NCBI RefSeq assembly: GCF_006345805.1
Contig: NC_042997.1
Location: 161,696,001-161,760,000 of the forward strand
Length of the DNA: 64,000 nt
DNA from: Octopus sinensis
Taxonomy: Eukaryota
Direction: 5' to 3'
The translations under genes were made by a program, and so were the position numbers. Under the pieces are notes generated by a model. The model did no database searches. It was not told where the DNA came from and saw only the letters and a list, made by a program, of their open reading frames with translations. The stretch's first letter is position 1, and each line of letters starts with the position of its first letter. Positions 40,848 through 54,906 of this stretch are shown in pieces.

Positions 40848-42239
40848 CATATATATACACGCACACATTCACACACACATATATATAAACCCATCTGTAC
40901 CTTGTGTATGCATCTATACAGGAAACTACACATTTCGAAAATATATAATGATGCGATAATTAATTTAGAAATCCTAAATTTCCATTTACGTGGAGAAGCA
41001 AGACACATTCATTGCAGCAATTATTTGCATATGACAAAGGAAAGGGTGAAAACTTTCTTGATATTCATCATTAATTGGCGATATGTACCAGCATCAGAAA
41101 TATATGAGCAATTTCAAGATATCTAGTCAGATGTTTACACCATATACCTTTGCTGCAGCATAGATATTAAAGTATATTTCAGCTATTATTAATCGCAATC
41201 TCCCCGGACTTTTCCGTATGAATTCTATATTTCAAACCACGTTTATTAGCATAACAAATTCGACTAAATCATAAATTTATGAAATTAAGCAAATATTGAT
41301 ATATAAAATTCAGCATATAAATCAGTATAATAAACGGAATCTTTTCGGTTATTTGGAGTCAGGAATAGCCACCTGTTCAATCTTAGTATTTAAGGAAGTG
41401 CACATTTATGTCTGCTTGATTTTTCATGCCATATATTATAGTATTTCTCTTTCAGCAACTAACCCATTAAACAACAAATTTGCTATACATCGTGCACTCA
41501 ACATGTGTTGAATGGAAAATATGTGATACATTAAATTTATAGAAAAGTACATCAACCTAATGCTACTAACAAATTAGTTGTACAAATTTTGTTTAAAATG
41601 TCTAGTTTACACTCGCATTATTTTCCTATTATGCTACAAGCAACCATCCCTGATATTACCAGATATTTTGAAATAGAAGCGTTGACACGACGATAAAGGT
41701 AAAGAAGCAAATTAACTGTCACACCGAAGCAAAGAAGCATTTGATACCAACAACCGAAAATCAGAACATTGAAAATTCGCCAGACGAAAACGTGTGTAAA
41801 GAAAGCGCAATATAACGTGACAGTAACATGAATATATTTTCGAGTATTCTGCATTTTCAGGACTTTTAATGTATTAGCCACTTTCAACATGATATGGTAC
41901 GACGTGGAAATAATTTGGACTGGGGTTGCGTGTTATATTGAGACAGGACTCAGTATAGCATTTACGGCTCGATAGTGAATCACTTCTGGGTAGTAGCATG
42001 TGGAGATTTCTCATTTAAATGAGGACTACATAACAGTGTCTCTATTTGATGTTGTGTATGATTGCATGCAGGACGCTGCATATCGATGCATGTGTAAGTA
42101 GGGGGAATTAGGTTTAATCAAATGTATTTTTGCGTGACTTGGTTTAGCTTGAAATAATAATATATCTGATAATATACCTGAAAATTGACAGAAAAGCCAA
42201 ACATTGAAAGCGAAAGGAATCATTGTAAATTACACTCAC

Positions 42240-42269
42240 CAACAGTCGATTCAACTTCAGTTGGTTTTT
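42240..42269 (-). CDS. Micro-exon class C (EKPTEVESTV)
   Basis: tcag|30 nt|gtgagt. Confidence 0.87.
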
Positions 42270-42309
42270 CTGAACGAAATTAAAATAAACTACAATAAGC
42301 ACATTGCTA

Positions 42310-43555
42310 TTGGGTTGGCAAATAAGTTGACGCAGCTTTTTCAAATTTTGGAATTTATTGCGTTTTTAAAATATAGAATCTATTTTTTTAGAGAATTCTG
42401 TTTTTAAATCATTTTAGAATCTATTTTGTATTTTTTTCTCTAGTTAATTTAAGTTAATTTTTGTTTATTTTCAGATCATTAAAATGGAATATCAAGTTAA
42501 GAAAAACAAGCATTTTCGACACCTCCTTCTTTTTGCTTTTAACCAACGTTCTAAGGCCGCAAAGCTGCACGCGACATTTGTGCTGTGTACGGAGAGGGTA
42601 CCATAGCTGAAAGAACCGCTCGTTATTGGTATGCCAAGTTCAAAAATGGCAATTTTAACCTCAAAGACGCACCTGCTTCTGACTGTCCACGTGAGTTCGA
42701 TGAAGAGCGAACCAACTTTTGCACGAAAATTCTCGTCAAACGACAAAGGAACTGGCAGAGAAAATGGAATGCTCCCACACTGCTATAGAGAAGCATCTTC
42801 ACTCGATGGGAAAGGTTCAGAAGTATGGAGCATTGGGCTCCGCATGCTTTAAGTGACAACAACAAAAATCAACGAGCCACAATCTCCGCTAGTTTGCTTG
42901 CTCGTCACCACTCAACTCATGGACGCAAGCAACGATTTCTTTACCGAATCGTTACTGGCAACGAAAAGTGGTGCCTGTAATCAATATGAAGCAGCGTAAG
43001 GAATGGCTTAGCCCCGGTAAACAAGCGACACTGCGCGTGAAACAAGATCTTCATCCGCGTAAAACGATGTTGTGCGTATAGTGGGCCTGGGAAAGGATTA
43101 TCCATCACGAATTGCATGAACGGAACCAAAAGGTCAACGCAGAAGTCTATGTTCAAAAAATGGAACGACTCAACACGAATATTCAAGAGAAAAGACCTAT
43201 CCGTGAGCATAGAGTTCTTCTGCTGCACGACAACGCCCGCCCTCATATCGCCAATATGACCAAGGAAGACATTCAAACGCATGGCTGGGAAGTGCTGCCA
43301 CACCCGCCGTACTCTCCTAATTTGGTACCAACGGATTTCCACTTCTTTCGATCTCTTTCAAATTGAGAACTTGGTTGGATCAATTTTACGAGTCGAAATC
43401 AGGTGATGTCTAACAACGAGGTATTGAAAATCTTGTTGAACGTTGGGAAGAAGATGTAAACAACAAGGGTGAATATATTATTGATTAATTAGTTGTTATT
43501 TTTTATTAAACCTTTCAAATTTAAAAAAAGGGCGGGAACTTAGTTGCGAACCCAA
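42310..43555 (+). mobile_element. Near full-length decayed mariner DNA transposon (mellifera-subfamily-like)
   Basis: TIRs TTGGGTTGGCAAATAAGTT / AACTTAGTTGCGAACCCAA; TA duplication at 42308-9 and 43556-7; 1246 bp. Confidence 0.95.
42484..43488 (+). pseudogene. Mariner transposase pseudogene (frameshifts and stops)
   Basis: MEYQVKKNKHFRHLLLFAF..YGEGTI..WYAKFKNGNF..WAPHAL..IVTGNEKW..HDNARPH..HPPYSPNLVPTDFHFFRSL..GEYIID*. Confidence 0.93.
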
Positions 43556-43850
43556 TAAATCATTCGACGATGTAACACAATGCCTATGACCTATTGCAAA
43601 AACCATTTCTTGCAATGACACTCACATACGTCAACAATTTATATTCTATCTATAGTTGAATGGGACATATTTATGACTGCAATATAGACTTTACGAATAT
43701 TTGGGAAGAATCGGATGCTCACTGAAGCCAATTAGAAGTCTTTCGAAGGACATTATCACGAATTTACGACAAAATTTAATGTATGACAGTATGCGCAGAG
43801 TATGTATTTTATTTTAAGTTATACTAGGCCATCATATCAAAAGTGCTTAC

Positions 43851-43880
43851 CTATGCGAGTTTCGGTTTCTCTCATAATTT
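43851..43880 (-). CDS. Micro-exon class D (EIMRETETRI)
   Basis: acag|30 nt|gtaagc. Confidence 0.87.
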
Positions 43881-44232
43881 CTGTGAAATTGAAAATGTAA
43901 ACGTTAACTACCTCGTCGACCATAATGTAAAGAGAGCGTTTCTTAATGAGGCTTTACACAATTAAATGTTACCAAGGAGGTGGCACGCAAATACATTGGT
44001 AAACTTTTCTATCGACTGTGTTAATATAATTTAATATGAAAATGTTACATAGAAATTCAATAATTAATAAATGAAAGATAACCATAAAAACTACTTCGAA
44101 ACTTGGCGTTTATTGTTCTTATACAACTCCTAGTATGTATAATAATTTTTCACAATTCATAATGATATACTACGACTAATAATTATAAGAGATTACTTAG
44201 ATTTACACGGAATCGAATGCGGACGCACTTAC

Positions 44233-44262
44233 CAACTGTAGCTTCGGCCTCAGTAGGTTGTT
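44233..44262 (-). CDS. Micro-exon class E (EQPTEAEATV)
   Basis: acag|30 nt|gtaagt. Confidence 0.87.
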
Positions 44263-44667
44263 CTGTATATGGAATGAAAAACGATATCATCAGATTTTAC
44301 ACTGTATACAGATATCATATACGTAAACAGAGGTAAGCAAATAACCAGAGATTCATTTTGAACACTACACGTTTTTCTTTTCAGTGAGGTATTATAAACA
44401 TTTGCACTAAAATTCCGCAAAATAAATTATTATGAATTCAAAGTGCTTTCATTGTGACAATCTACGTCAGTTCCATCATTTAAATGGATCGCTTCAAAGC
44501 ATTTGACAAATTCGGTGCCGAACTTGATACAATTACAAACATTCCTCAACTATACTACATTAATTTCGCATTATACATTACGCACTCGCGAAAACACGAT
44601 ATATATGTAGGTATGTAGAAATTTAGACGTATCGGTATATATTCGTAATCAGAAGAAGCTCTCTCAC

Positions 44668-44697
44668 CTTTAGGACGCTCGTCCTGTTGCACAACAT
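44668..44697 (-). CDS. Micro-exon class F (DVVQQDERPK)
   Basis: acag|30 nt|gtgaga. Confidence 0.87.
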
Positions 44698-45254
44698 CTG
44701 TGAAATAATTTAATAAAATATCAATTTTGAGCCAATAATGCACAAATATATAACTAAAATGTTATCGCTAAAACATACCAATCAAACTTTGAAATTTCAA
44801 TACTGTTTATCTACTGAATTCATATTGTAAGATTCGGCTTAGTCCTTCAGTTCGATTTCATTTTATATTTATAAAGTGTAAAGAAAAAATATCGAAATGT
44901 TTATTACGATTACTATTTTACACAAATATTTCATGTAAATATATTTCGAAACGAGTTTCTTTCTCTCAGGTAATATCTCTATCTAATCAATAACACACAC
45001 ATAAAATCTAACTGAACTATAAATTTATAAGTTGTAATTCAGATTTAGGAGCCGAAAAAATTTACAAAAGAATATTATTTAAAATGCGATAAAGCAAAAC
45101 GTCCGAAATTTTTACAAGCTAAATTCTTCTATTACTCATAAACTTAATTCATAATGAAACGTTATTCTCTTTCCGCAAGCATATTTGAAGATTTCTCTAA
45201 GGAAAATCAGCGAAAAGCAGAAGCAAGATATCACAAAAATAATCTCTCACTCAC

Positions 45255-45284
45255 CAACTGTAGACTCCACTTCTGAACGAGTTT
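45255..45284 (-). CDS. Micro-exon class A (ETRSEVESTV)
   Basis: ttag|30 nt|gtgagt. Confidence 0.87.
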
Positions 45285-45616
45285 CTAAAGAAAGGCAAAC
45301 GTAAATAGATTCCCTCAACAATTACATCACAGAATTTGTTATGGCAGTCAAGTATTAAATATATATAACTCGTATAGAATGAGTGCTTTTCAAATGATAA
45401 ATTTACGAAACTACTTCAATTACGCCACTACAAGAAACCACTTTGCAAACCTATCGTCATACTTTAACAGAATGGAAAATGCTTACATGAAGTAAATATT
45501 GATTGATTAGTCATAAGAATTTTACTTTCGTTTTACTAAAGAATTAACGCTGAAATATATGTTACATATCTAGCTTATTGGTACACATCACGAGGAAAGA
45601 TTCTTCAGCAGCTTAC

Positions 45617-45646
45617 CTGTGCGTGTTACTTTTTCCGTTACAACTT
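45617..45646 (-). CDS. Micro-exon class B (EVVTEKVTRT)
   Basis: acag|30 nt|gtaagc. Confidence 0.87.
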
Positions 45647-45812
45647 CTGTGAAATTAATAAAATGTATAATTAAATATTTGGAAAGAAGCTTTAAGGAGA
45701 ATACATAGTTATATAACGCTTATATAGGGAAACATATGGGCGAACAACGTCTTCGAAGTATCAAACTTTGTCAAACGCAATCATATTTTCAGAGATATAT
45801 AAATGTATGATT

Positions 45813-46048
45813 GTATATATATATATATATATACATATATACGCACACAGACACACACACACACATATATATACATATATATATATATGTATGTATATAA
45901 TATTAACATATATATATAAATGTATGTATATATATATATACATATATATAAAATAATGTATATATATATATATATATACATATATATGTAAATATATATT
46001 ATATATATTATATATGTAAATATATATGTATATATATATATATATATA

Positions 46049-46093
<45 letters not shown>

Positions 46094-46163
46094 TATTATA
46101 TATATATAATATATATATAGATATAATATATTATATATATATTAATATAATATATATATATAG

Positions 46164-46204
<41 letters not shown>

Positions 46205-46207
46205 TAT

Positions 46208-46251
<44 letters not shown>

Positions 46252-46270
46252 TATATATATAATATATATA
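45813..46270. repeat. Long imperfect (TA)n microsatellite complex
   Basis: Seen directly. Confidence 0.95.
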
Positions 46271-47721
46271 TGGGATCTCGGACTTCTGTGCATTTTTATA
46301 TACAAATATATTATAAAGCTGAAACACTTTTTAATTTCCTTTTGCAGGGTATTTGCTATTTTCTGTCTTCACACACCTTCCTTCTCATCACATGCTTTGA
46401 CCATATGAATTTGCGGCTTCATACATACCAAAACACCTTTCAGCTATATATACATGCTATCTCGTCGGACTTTTCCGCATGGAATCTATATTTCAATTAA
46501 TGTTAATTTACGTAACAAATTCGACAAAGGCGTAATTTTAAGTAACTATGTAATTACAAATATATATATAATTCTGTGTATAAATCAGGATATGAAATAG
46601 AAAATTCTCATATATTTCGAGTTAGAAATTGCCGCTTGTCAAATACTTAGTATATAGGCAAGCATGTATTTGTGTCTGTTTGTGAGTTTAATGTCGTACA
46701 TATTAGTTTCTTTTTTCTTTTGCATCTACTAATGTGTGTAACTAGCACTTTGCTATACATCCTGAAAAGAACACATGTGTTGAACGGAAGTAATATGTCA
46801 CACTTTCAATTCTAAAAAAATACCTTTCCCTTACGTTAAAATCAAATTGATTCGTCACATACTTTACAGGTGTCTAATCTATTCTCAAAAATTTCTTGCA
46901 TTTCCATTCGCTCACTGTTCTCAAATACCTTCGGTGATTTTGAAATTCAAACGTTTCAACGACAATGAAGGAAAAGTAAAACCTCGACTGTTACAATGAA
47001 GCAAGAAAACATTTGACACCAACAACTGCTAAGTAGCATGTTTGAAATTCACAAAGCAAACACAAGTGTGGAGAAAGCGCAATGCAATGTGGAAACAACG
47101 TGGTTATATTTCTGAGTATTCTGCATTTTCAGGAATCTTAAAGCATTACCGTCAAAGGTCTTTTTTTTTACGACCAGAATGATGATCCATCATCTTTCTG
47201 CAAAACCTGTATTTTTCTTAGATATCTTTGGTTCTACACAGGAGTGTCATTCAAATATTATAATAAAGATATTCTTTATATGTTTAGAATGAGATAAAGT
47301 CGTATAAATAAAGATTGTTAGTAATAAATTAAATAAAAGAATTTGGGCTGAAATGGTTTAATATACAAGCCACATTCAAGAGGATATGTTGCGACATGAA
47401 AAGAATTTGAACTGGGGCTGCGTATTATATTGTGCCCCTTCTAAATATAGGGTATTTGACTCGATTGTTCGTCACTTCTGCAGCGTAGCATATGGAGATT
47501 ATTCATGTAAATGCGGACCAGGAATCGGTGCCGGTATTTGATTGTCTCTGTAATTGCATGCACTGTGCTCATATCAATGTATGTGTGTATGTAGGCTGTG
47601 TTAGGTGTAGTGAAATATATTTTTGCGTGACTTTGTTTAGCTAGCAATATCTGATACACCTGACAATAGACAGTAAGCCTAAACGTTGAAAGCGAATGAA
47701 ATTATTGCATATGAGACTCAC

Positions 47722-47751
47722 CAACAGTAGATTCAACTTCAGATGGTTTTT
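47722..47751 (-). CDS. Micro-exon class C (EKPSEVESTV)
   Basis: tcag|30 nt|gtgagt. Confidence 0.87.
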
Positions 47752-48096
47752 CTGAACGAAATCAAAATAAACTACGATAAGCATGTTGCTAAATTATTCG
47801 ACGGGAAATGATATAATCTGTAAATGTTTGTTCATATTTCTTCTTAAGTAATAGACCGCCAATGACCTTTGCAAAATGCATTTCTTACAATTATACGCTA
47901 ATAAGTTAACATTATTTATATTCGATCTGTATTTGAATGCCTTCAATATAGATTTATAATTATTTGATAAAACAACGCGTTCACTAAACAAATGCAGAAT
48001 TCGCGAATTTACGAGAAAACATTCTTACAGGAATGTATGCGGTCAGTATATATTGAATTTTAAGTTACGCTATGCTATAATATCAAATCTTCTTAC

Positions 48097-48126
48097 CTAT
48101 GCGAGTTTCGGTTTCTCTGATAATTT
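48097..48126 (-). CDS. Micro-exon class D (EIIRETETRI)
   Basis: acag|30 nt|gtaaga. Confidence 0.87.
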   Translation of the reverse strand, partial: KLSEKPKLA

Positions 48127-48483
48127 CTGTGAAATTCAAAACGTAAATCGTTAACTATGTCGTCGATCATTTCATAAAAGTCACGATTTTTAATGACGTT
48201 TCATACAATTAAGTATTACCAAGGAGGTGACGCACGAAAACACGTAGGTAAATATTTCTATCAATTTTGCTTATATAATTTAACATGAAAATGTTATGTA
48301 GGAATTTGGTAATTTCGATATAAAAGAAAACCACAACAATCAGTTATTAACCGAGACATTAGTTTTCGAGTACATCTCCCACTATAAATATATAGTAATT
48401 TCAAAATTAATAATGATGTACTATAACTAGTAATCATAAGAGATTTGTTAAATTAAAACGGTACCAAATTAGGAGACACTTAC

Positions 48484-48513
48484 CAACTGTGGCTTCGGCC
48501 TCAGATGGTTGTT
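48484..48513 (-). CDS. Micro-exon class E (EQPSEAEATV)
   Basis: tcag|30 nt|gtaagt. Confidence 0.87.
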
Positions 48514-48908
48514 CTGAATATGGAATGAAAGACATTATCATCAGCTTTTGCATCACATACAGATATAATATACGTAGACAGATAACCAAACATTCATTCA
48601 CAACAATACACCTACCTATTTTAAAGATATATTTCATAAAGCTATGCAAAATAATGCGGGACAATATATTATCTTGATTTGAAAGTGTTTTCAGTATGAC
48701 AATAAATGTTCATTCCATCATTTGCAAAGGAGTCAACAAACAGTAACTTTTGTAAAAGCGACGTCGCCTTTGATATATTACAAGCATATATCAACTTTAC
48801 TACATTCATTTCGATTAATATGTTACGCTTTCCAAACAAATTATAGTTAGCTAGTTAAACAGAAACCTAGGTCTATTGAGATAAGTTCGTAAACTGAAGC
48901 TCTCTCAC

Positions 48909-48938
48909 CTTTAGGACGCTCGTCCTGTTGCACAACAT
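48909..48938 (-). CDS. Micro-exon class F (DVVQQDERPK)
   Basis: acag|30 nt|gtgaga. Confidence 0.87.
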
Positions 48939-49772
48939 CTGTGAAATAATTAAATGATATATCAATTTCATGCTGATCAACACATGACTAATCTCTACAA
49001 ATATATCAATCTACTTTTGCAATTGCAAAGCTTTTCAAAAACCGATTGCCCTTGCATGATTCGCTTTATTCTTTCTGTACGATTTCATTTTACACATTTA
49101 AAGCGCACATAAAATATATCGAAATATTTATTGCAATTACTATTTTACACGGTAGTGCGATGTGAATATATTCTGCGATGAGTTACTTTCTCTCCAATTA
49201 ATCATAGGCACTACAATTTTAACATGATAAATTTACACAATATATTTGAGATGCGGTAAAGTAACCGAGAATTCATTAATATATAAGTAACATTTTATCT
49301 CTAGTAATATATCCATGTAATTTTGCAATCTTAATATTGTTTACTTGCTGCAATGTCTTTATTCTTTCAGTTCGATTTCAGTTTTTATATTTTAAGCCCT
49401 GAGAAATTATATCGAAATATTTTTTGCAATTGTTATTTCCACGGTAATACTCTGTGAATATATTTAGAAACGATTTCGTTTTTTACCACTAATACTTTTC
49501 TCTAATTAACCATACGTACTTCTGTTTTAATATGATAAATTTAATGATTTTATTTTAGATTCAGGAGCCGTCAAAATTTACAGCGTATATTTCTAATAAT
49601 GGATAAAGCAATACAGCATCTCAATCTTTTACATACTATCTTTCCTATAGTCCTCATTATCTTACTTCGTAACGCATTATTATTCTCTTTCTACAAGTAC
49701 ATTTGAAGACTTCTCGAAGGAAACTCAGCGATAAGCAGAAGCAACAAATCACGAAAATTATCTCTCACTCAC

Positions 49773-49802
49773 CAACTGTAGATTCCACTTCAGTACGTGT
49801 TT
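49773..49802 (-). CDS. Micro-exon class A (ETRTEVESTV)
   Basis: ctag|30 nt|gtgagt. Confidence 0.87.
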
Positions 49803-50094
49803 CTAGAGAAAGGCAAACGTAAATATATTCCCTCAACAGACGGTGGACATCACACAGAATATATGAGTGACAGGCATTAAATTTATTCAACTCGTGTAGA
49901 ATATTTCAAATGATAAATTTACGAAAACTACTCTTTACACAGTTTACTAAAATGTTAAATGTTTACATGTATAAGATATTAGCTGCGTAATCGAAAAAAA
50001 TTCGCTTTCATTTTACTAAACAATTATCGCAGAAATATTTGTTACATCTAGTTTGTTGATACACATCGCGAGATAAAATCCTTCAATAGCTTAC

Positions 50095-50124
50095 CTGTAC
50101 GAGTTACTTTTTCCGTTACGACTT
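50095..50124 (-). CDS. Micro-exon class B (EVVTEKVTRT)
   Basis: acag|30 nt|gtaagc. Confidence 0.87.
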
Positions 50125-50313
50125 CTGTGAAATTAACGAAATAGGAAGTTAAATATTTCGAATGATTCTTTACAACAAAATGCATAGTTATTTGGTGGTT
50201 ATATTACCTAAGTACGGCTTTTATATATTTAGGATACAATATGTTAGTTTGCTTTCTGTCATGGGAGCTAATATATTTCTCTCTCTCTCCCTCTCTCTCT
50301 CTCTCTCTCAGAT

Positions 50314-50384
<71 letters not shown>

Positions 50385-52109
50385 GATCTCCACCGTGTGT
50401 ATGTATACACAAAACTATCTACACATTTTTTTATTATATAAAGGTGGGTTAATTCTTTTATGAATCTTAAATTACAATTTTCATTGTAAATCAGGTCACC
50501 GTCATTGCATCAATTATCATATGACAATGGACGTGATGGAAAAATTTCTAGAAATTCATAATCACCGACGTTATTAATTGACGTTTTATACTGTGGTCAA
50601 AATGAGAAACATGTGAGCAATTACAAGACAACTCCTCAAATGTTTACATCACATGCTTCTGCTGCAGCATATATGCTAAGAAATATTTCAGCTATCTTTA
50701 ATCGTAATCTCCCTGGACTTTTCCCTATGATTTTTACATTTCAAATAATTTTTACTAACATAACAAATGCGACGAAATCATAAATTTATAAATATATCAA
50801 ATTCGGCATGTAAATTAGTATATTAAACGAACACTTTGCATTTATTTGGAGTATAAATAGCCTCATGTCTATTATTAGTATTTAAGCAAGTGTGCATTTT
50901 TATCTGTTTGTGTTTTTGTATGTTGTGTGTTTTAATATTTCTTTTTTAGCTTTACTTATGTGTAACAATCATTTTGCAAAACATCACGCAAAGAATACAT
51001 GTGTTGAACGGAAACGATATATTACAGGTGAAATTTATATAAATGCAAATCTTTCTCACATTACAAACAAATTAATTCCTCAAATACTTTACACGTGCAT
51101 TGTTTTCATATTTCCATTGACGCTCTGACTCCTAATGTTACAGGATTTTTTTTTATTCAGACTGAGATGACGATAAGCAGAAAGGAAAAAAATACCCGTC
51201 ACACCGAAGCAAAAAAACATTTGACATCAACAACCGCTAATTAGCAAACTTAATATTTGTCAGACATGCGGCTTTTAAGAGATTGTGACTTGACACATGA
51301 AAATAGCACAAAATATTCGTACAAATTCTGCATTATCAAGCGTCTTATTATGCATATCATTCTATCGTTGGTATATTTTGGAAATGCCTATAATTCAGGA
51401 CATTGTTAAGTCTTCTCCCTCCACTCCCTATATATATATATAAGTATATAAGGAGACGTGTATGAACTGTCCTCTCTGTTTGCGCAGTCTTCTTTATTGC
51501 TATATTATCGTAACATATTATTCTGTACAGTGTAACAATATCTATAATTTCAATGATACTACAAATCAATGATGATCAATCATGAATGTATATCTAAAAA
51601 GATATTTCAGCTAATACATCAATATTAATTTTACAGTGTCTTATCGTATCTTTCGTGCACCTTAAAATTCGAATTCGTGCAATTCTTTCAACATAAATTT
51701 TTCCTATCCCAGAGAAAATACACAAATTCTTATTCCCAGTGTTATTAAATCATGCCGTGCAATGTTCATATATTTTGAAAAGGGCTAACTATATTTCAGT
51801 TAACAGCTAATCAACCATTAATGACCTAATGACAGTTTAAACTCTATAAATTTTAGATGTATTTTCTAGCAAAACCATCGACAAATATCATTGTAGTGCA
51901 ATAAGGTAAATATCATTAAAATAAATCTATTAGTCACTTTTATTATTATATCATTCAATATATGTTGTACCCAGTCACTAATTTAAAATGCTAAATTTGT
52001 ATAGGACAAGCTTCCTTACATCATCAATAACGTAAAATGTTCATATTAAATTTAAACTTTTAACTAGATCCAGCAGTAGCAAGAAATCGTGAAATACTCT
52101 CTCACTCAC

Positions 52110-52139
52110 TAAGCTTAGATTCCACTTCAGAACGTGTTT
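52110..52139 (-). CDS. Diverged micro-exon class A (ETRSEVESKL; last base A), possibly decaying
   Basis: ctag|30 nt|gtgagt; 3' codons diverged. Confidence 0.6.
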
Positions 52140-52453
52140 CTAGTGAAATTCAAGCGTAAATATATATCATCACTTACATCATACAGAACAGAGTGACAAA
52201 CGGATTATATTTACATAGATGAGATTATTTGAGTGTGATTTTTTTCAATGTATTTAATTTCGAAAAATATTATCTGTAACACCAGCAGAATACAAGTTGA
52301 AAAATTATAGTTTTTAGAATTGAAAATGTTTCAAAAGAAAATGTAAAACGAGGAGATTTAAAAATTTGGGATACATTTGCACTAAAGAAATATCGGGAAA
52401 AAGACAACTGATATACTTTTAGTCTTACTGAATGCACAGAAGAATTCATCTGT

Positions 52454-52475
52454 AGCTTATTTGTACGAGCTGCAC
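52454..52475 (-). pseudogene. Dead class-B micro-exon remnant
   Basis: agcttat-ttgtacgag versus intact agcttac-ctgtacgag (donor GT>AT); the acceptor half is replaced by LINE sequence. Confidence 0.65.
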
Positions 52476-52479
52476 TGAC

Positions 52480-52565
52480 CATAGAAGAGGGCTTCTAGGT
52501 AAGTTAATGTTTTTCATGCGTACCACATGGCCAACCCACCTCAGTTGCACTTTGATAAATAAACT
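52480..52565 (-). mobile_element. Short RTE-clade LINE 3' fragment
   Basis: Minus strand translates FIKVQLRWVGHVVRMK, the conserved RTE ORF2 C-terminal motif. Confidence 0.65.
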
Positions 52566-53668
52566 ATGCCTGCATTATCACATCTTGCAAAAATCATCTG
52601 TTGAGAACTCGTCCTGTCATTTGGTGTTACACTTTATGTTTCTTATATTACAGTCACGGCAGGAATTCAATGTCAGCCCTTCGCCTTCTGCAACATTTCA
52701 GCAGTTCATTTACCCGTTGCTCTCTCTCATTGCAGCCCATTTCCGGAATATACCCATTTACGTACAATATCTCATTTACACTTCAGTTCATTTGACTGTC
52801 AACTATACGATTGGTCGTGTTAGACGCAGCGCTGTTCGCCTCAAAGGTGGCTTCAAAAATTACATATCCCCAGTCCCAATTTCCATGATACGTTAGGGAC
52901 TAGAATCCGCCAAACAGACGGATTACATGTCGCTTAGTCGAATTAGACCATCATTTACTCCACAAATGTTTTGTCATCAATGCTGCATTTTCCAGTATCA
53001 CTTGTTTCAACATAGCTGTAATGTATATATATATATATATGTATAAACTATAGCATTTTAATCCTGAGTAAAGCCTGGTATCTCTGCTAGTCATTAGTAA
53101 TCTTATATAACTGATGTTGCAAAGCTGCAAATGCAATAAAACTATTATTTTCTATAACAAACGGACGATAATACTTCTGATACTAACAACCGCTTATTAA
53201 CAGATTAAGAATTCGTCAAAGATACTACGAGTGAATTGAAAGTGTAATACCCTGTGATAATAAGGCGGAAGTAAGTCAAAAGTTAGTATTGTCATTTTCT
53301 TCGAAACTAACTTTCGTTAAAGTCGATGCTGTTTTAAATGTGTATGTTTGAAACTTGTAATGCATATTGCATTGGAACAATTTATCAGCGTGCACTTTAT
53401 GACCTGATAGCTCATCACTTCTAGTCTGTGTAGTGTGCATCCATTTTATGTAAATCAGAATTTTATATCAGTCTTGTTGAACGCTTTTGTGGCTGTGTGT
53501 GTGTATGATTATATGCAGTATTGTGTGCATGGAAGCATGTGGAAATATAATGGATGTAGGTTTTATGCATAAGCATTTTTGCATGACTTGGCATAGCTTG
53601 CTATACCCGATAACTGACAATGAAGCCAAACATCGAAGCGAGTAGAAATTATTGCAAATTAGACTCAC

Positions 53669-53698
53669 CCACGGTAGATTCAACTTCAGACGGTTTTT
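53669..53698 (-). CDS. Micro-exon class C (EKPSEVESTV)
   Basis: tcag|30 nt|gtgagt. Confidence 0.87.
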
Positions 53699-54062
53699 CT
53701 GAACAAATGTTAAAATATATTAGCTATAAGCAAGTTGTTCAACTATTCATGAATACACGTGATTCTATTCGATATATTTACATAAAAATATACAGTTTTA
53801 TGTATTTAAATTGTAATATTACCCAAGTAGAATGTTAAATGATCAAACTGACATTAACATATTAACAATATATCTTCTTAGAAATATTAAATGGAGCGTT
53901 TCAGATGTTAAAAACGATTACGTTTAATCAGAAAATTTTCGGAGTAATTCAGAAATATTTCCTAATTATATTTTCACATGAAAACCTTCGATATAATAAA
54001 TATTGTAGAATATCTAGCGTTAAAATTAGTGGAGATTATATTGATATAGCAAATGCGCTTAC

Positions 54063-54092
54063 CTATGCGAGATTCGGTTTCTTGAATAATTT
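54063..54092 (-). CDS. Micro-exon class D (EIIQETESRI)
   Basis: acag|30 nt|gtaagc. Confidence 0.87.
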   Translation of the reverse strand, partial: KLFKKPNLA

Positions 54093-54435
54093 CTGTGAAA
54101 TTAACAAAGGAATCAATTAACTATTGTTTTCATTATTTCGAGAAAAAACCCCAGCGAATCTTAAACTGTGTTGTACCAGATAATTTATGAATGAATCTAC
54201 ACGGAAATATACATCAATATGTACGTTCACATGAATTTCTTAACACGGTTTTTATTATGGCAAGCATGTTGTAATATTTTATATTACATATTAGTTCATA
54301 TTAAGGCAAACTAACATTTTACTAATCATCCCAATATAAACAACAATTACTAAAATAAAAAGTAATTTTATTAGAATAATAATAATAATGATAACAGTTG
54401 CTCTATTTTAAGGAGTCGGTTTAGGAGACACTTAC

Positions 54436-54465
54436 CAACTGTGGCTTCAACTTCAGAAGGTTCTT
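54436..54465 (-). CDS. Micro-exon class E (EEPSEVEATV)
   Basis: tcag|30 nt|gtaagt. Confidence 0.87.
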
Positions 54466-54906
54466 CTGAATGTGAATAAATAAAAATTATGCTATTAGAT
54501 TTTTACACCTCATAGAAATGAAAACAAAAATAAAAATATAGGAAGAGCACACTTCCAATATTTGCCTAAACTTCCATAGTTTTCGGGATATTATAGGATA
54601 CAATGATCTGTCCTTATGCATTGTTATATTCACTGTTTTCAACTAAGTATGGAACATTAAGTATATATTCCAGTAACGTGTTTATGTATCCTATTCCAGG
54701 AATAGCAACAAATTGATATAAATTGATTTTATGCTAGAAACAATTTTGAATTATTATTTATATTTTGAAATAATAGTTGTGTATTCACATTTTATAAAAT
54801 TCATATGAATGAAAATTAAAAGAGTAATTTGGAAACAATTACAGAAACAGTTTCTAATAAAAGTTCATATTTATTCTAGTATTATCGAAAATATAACCTT
54901 GCTCAC

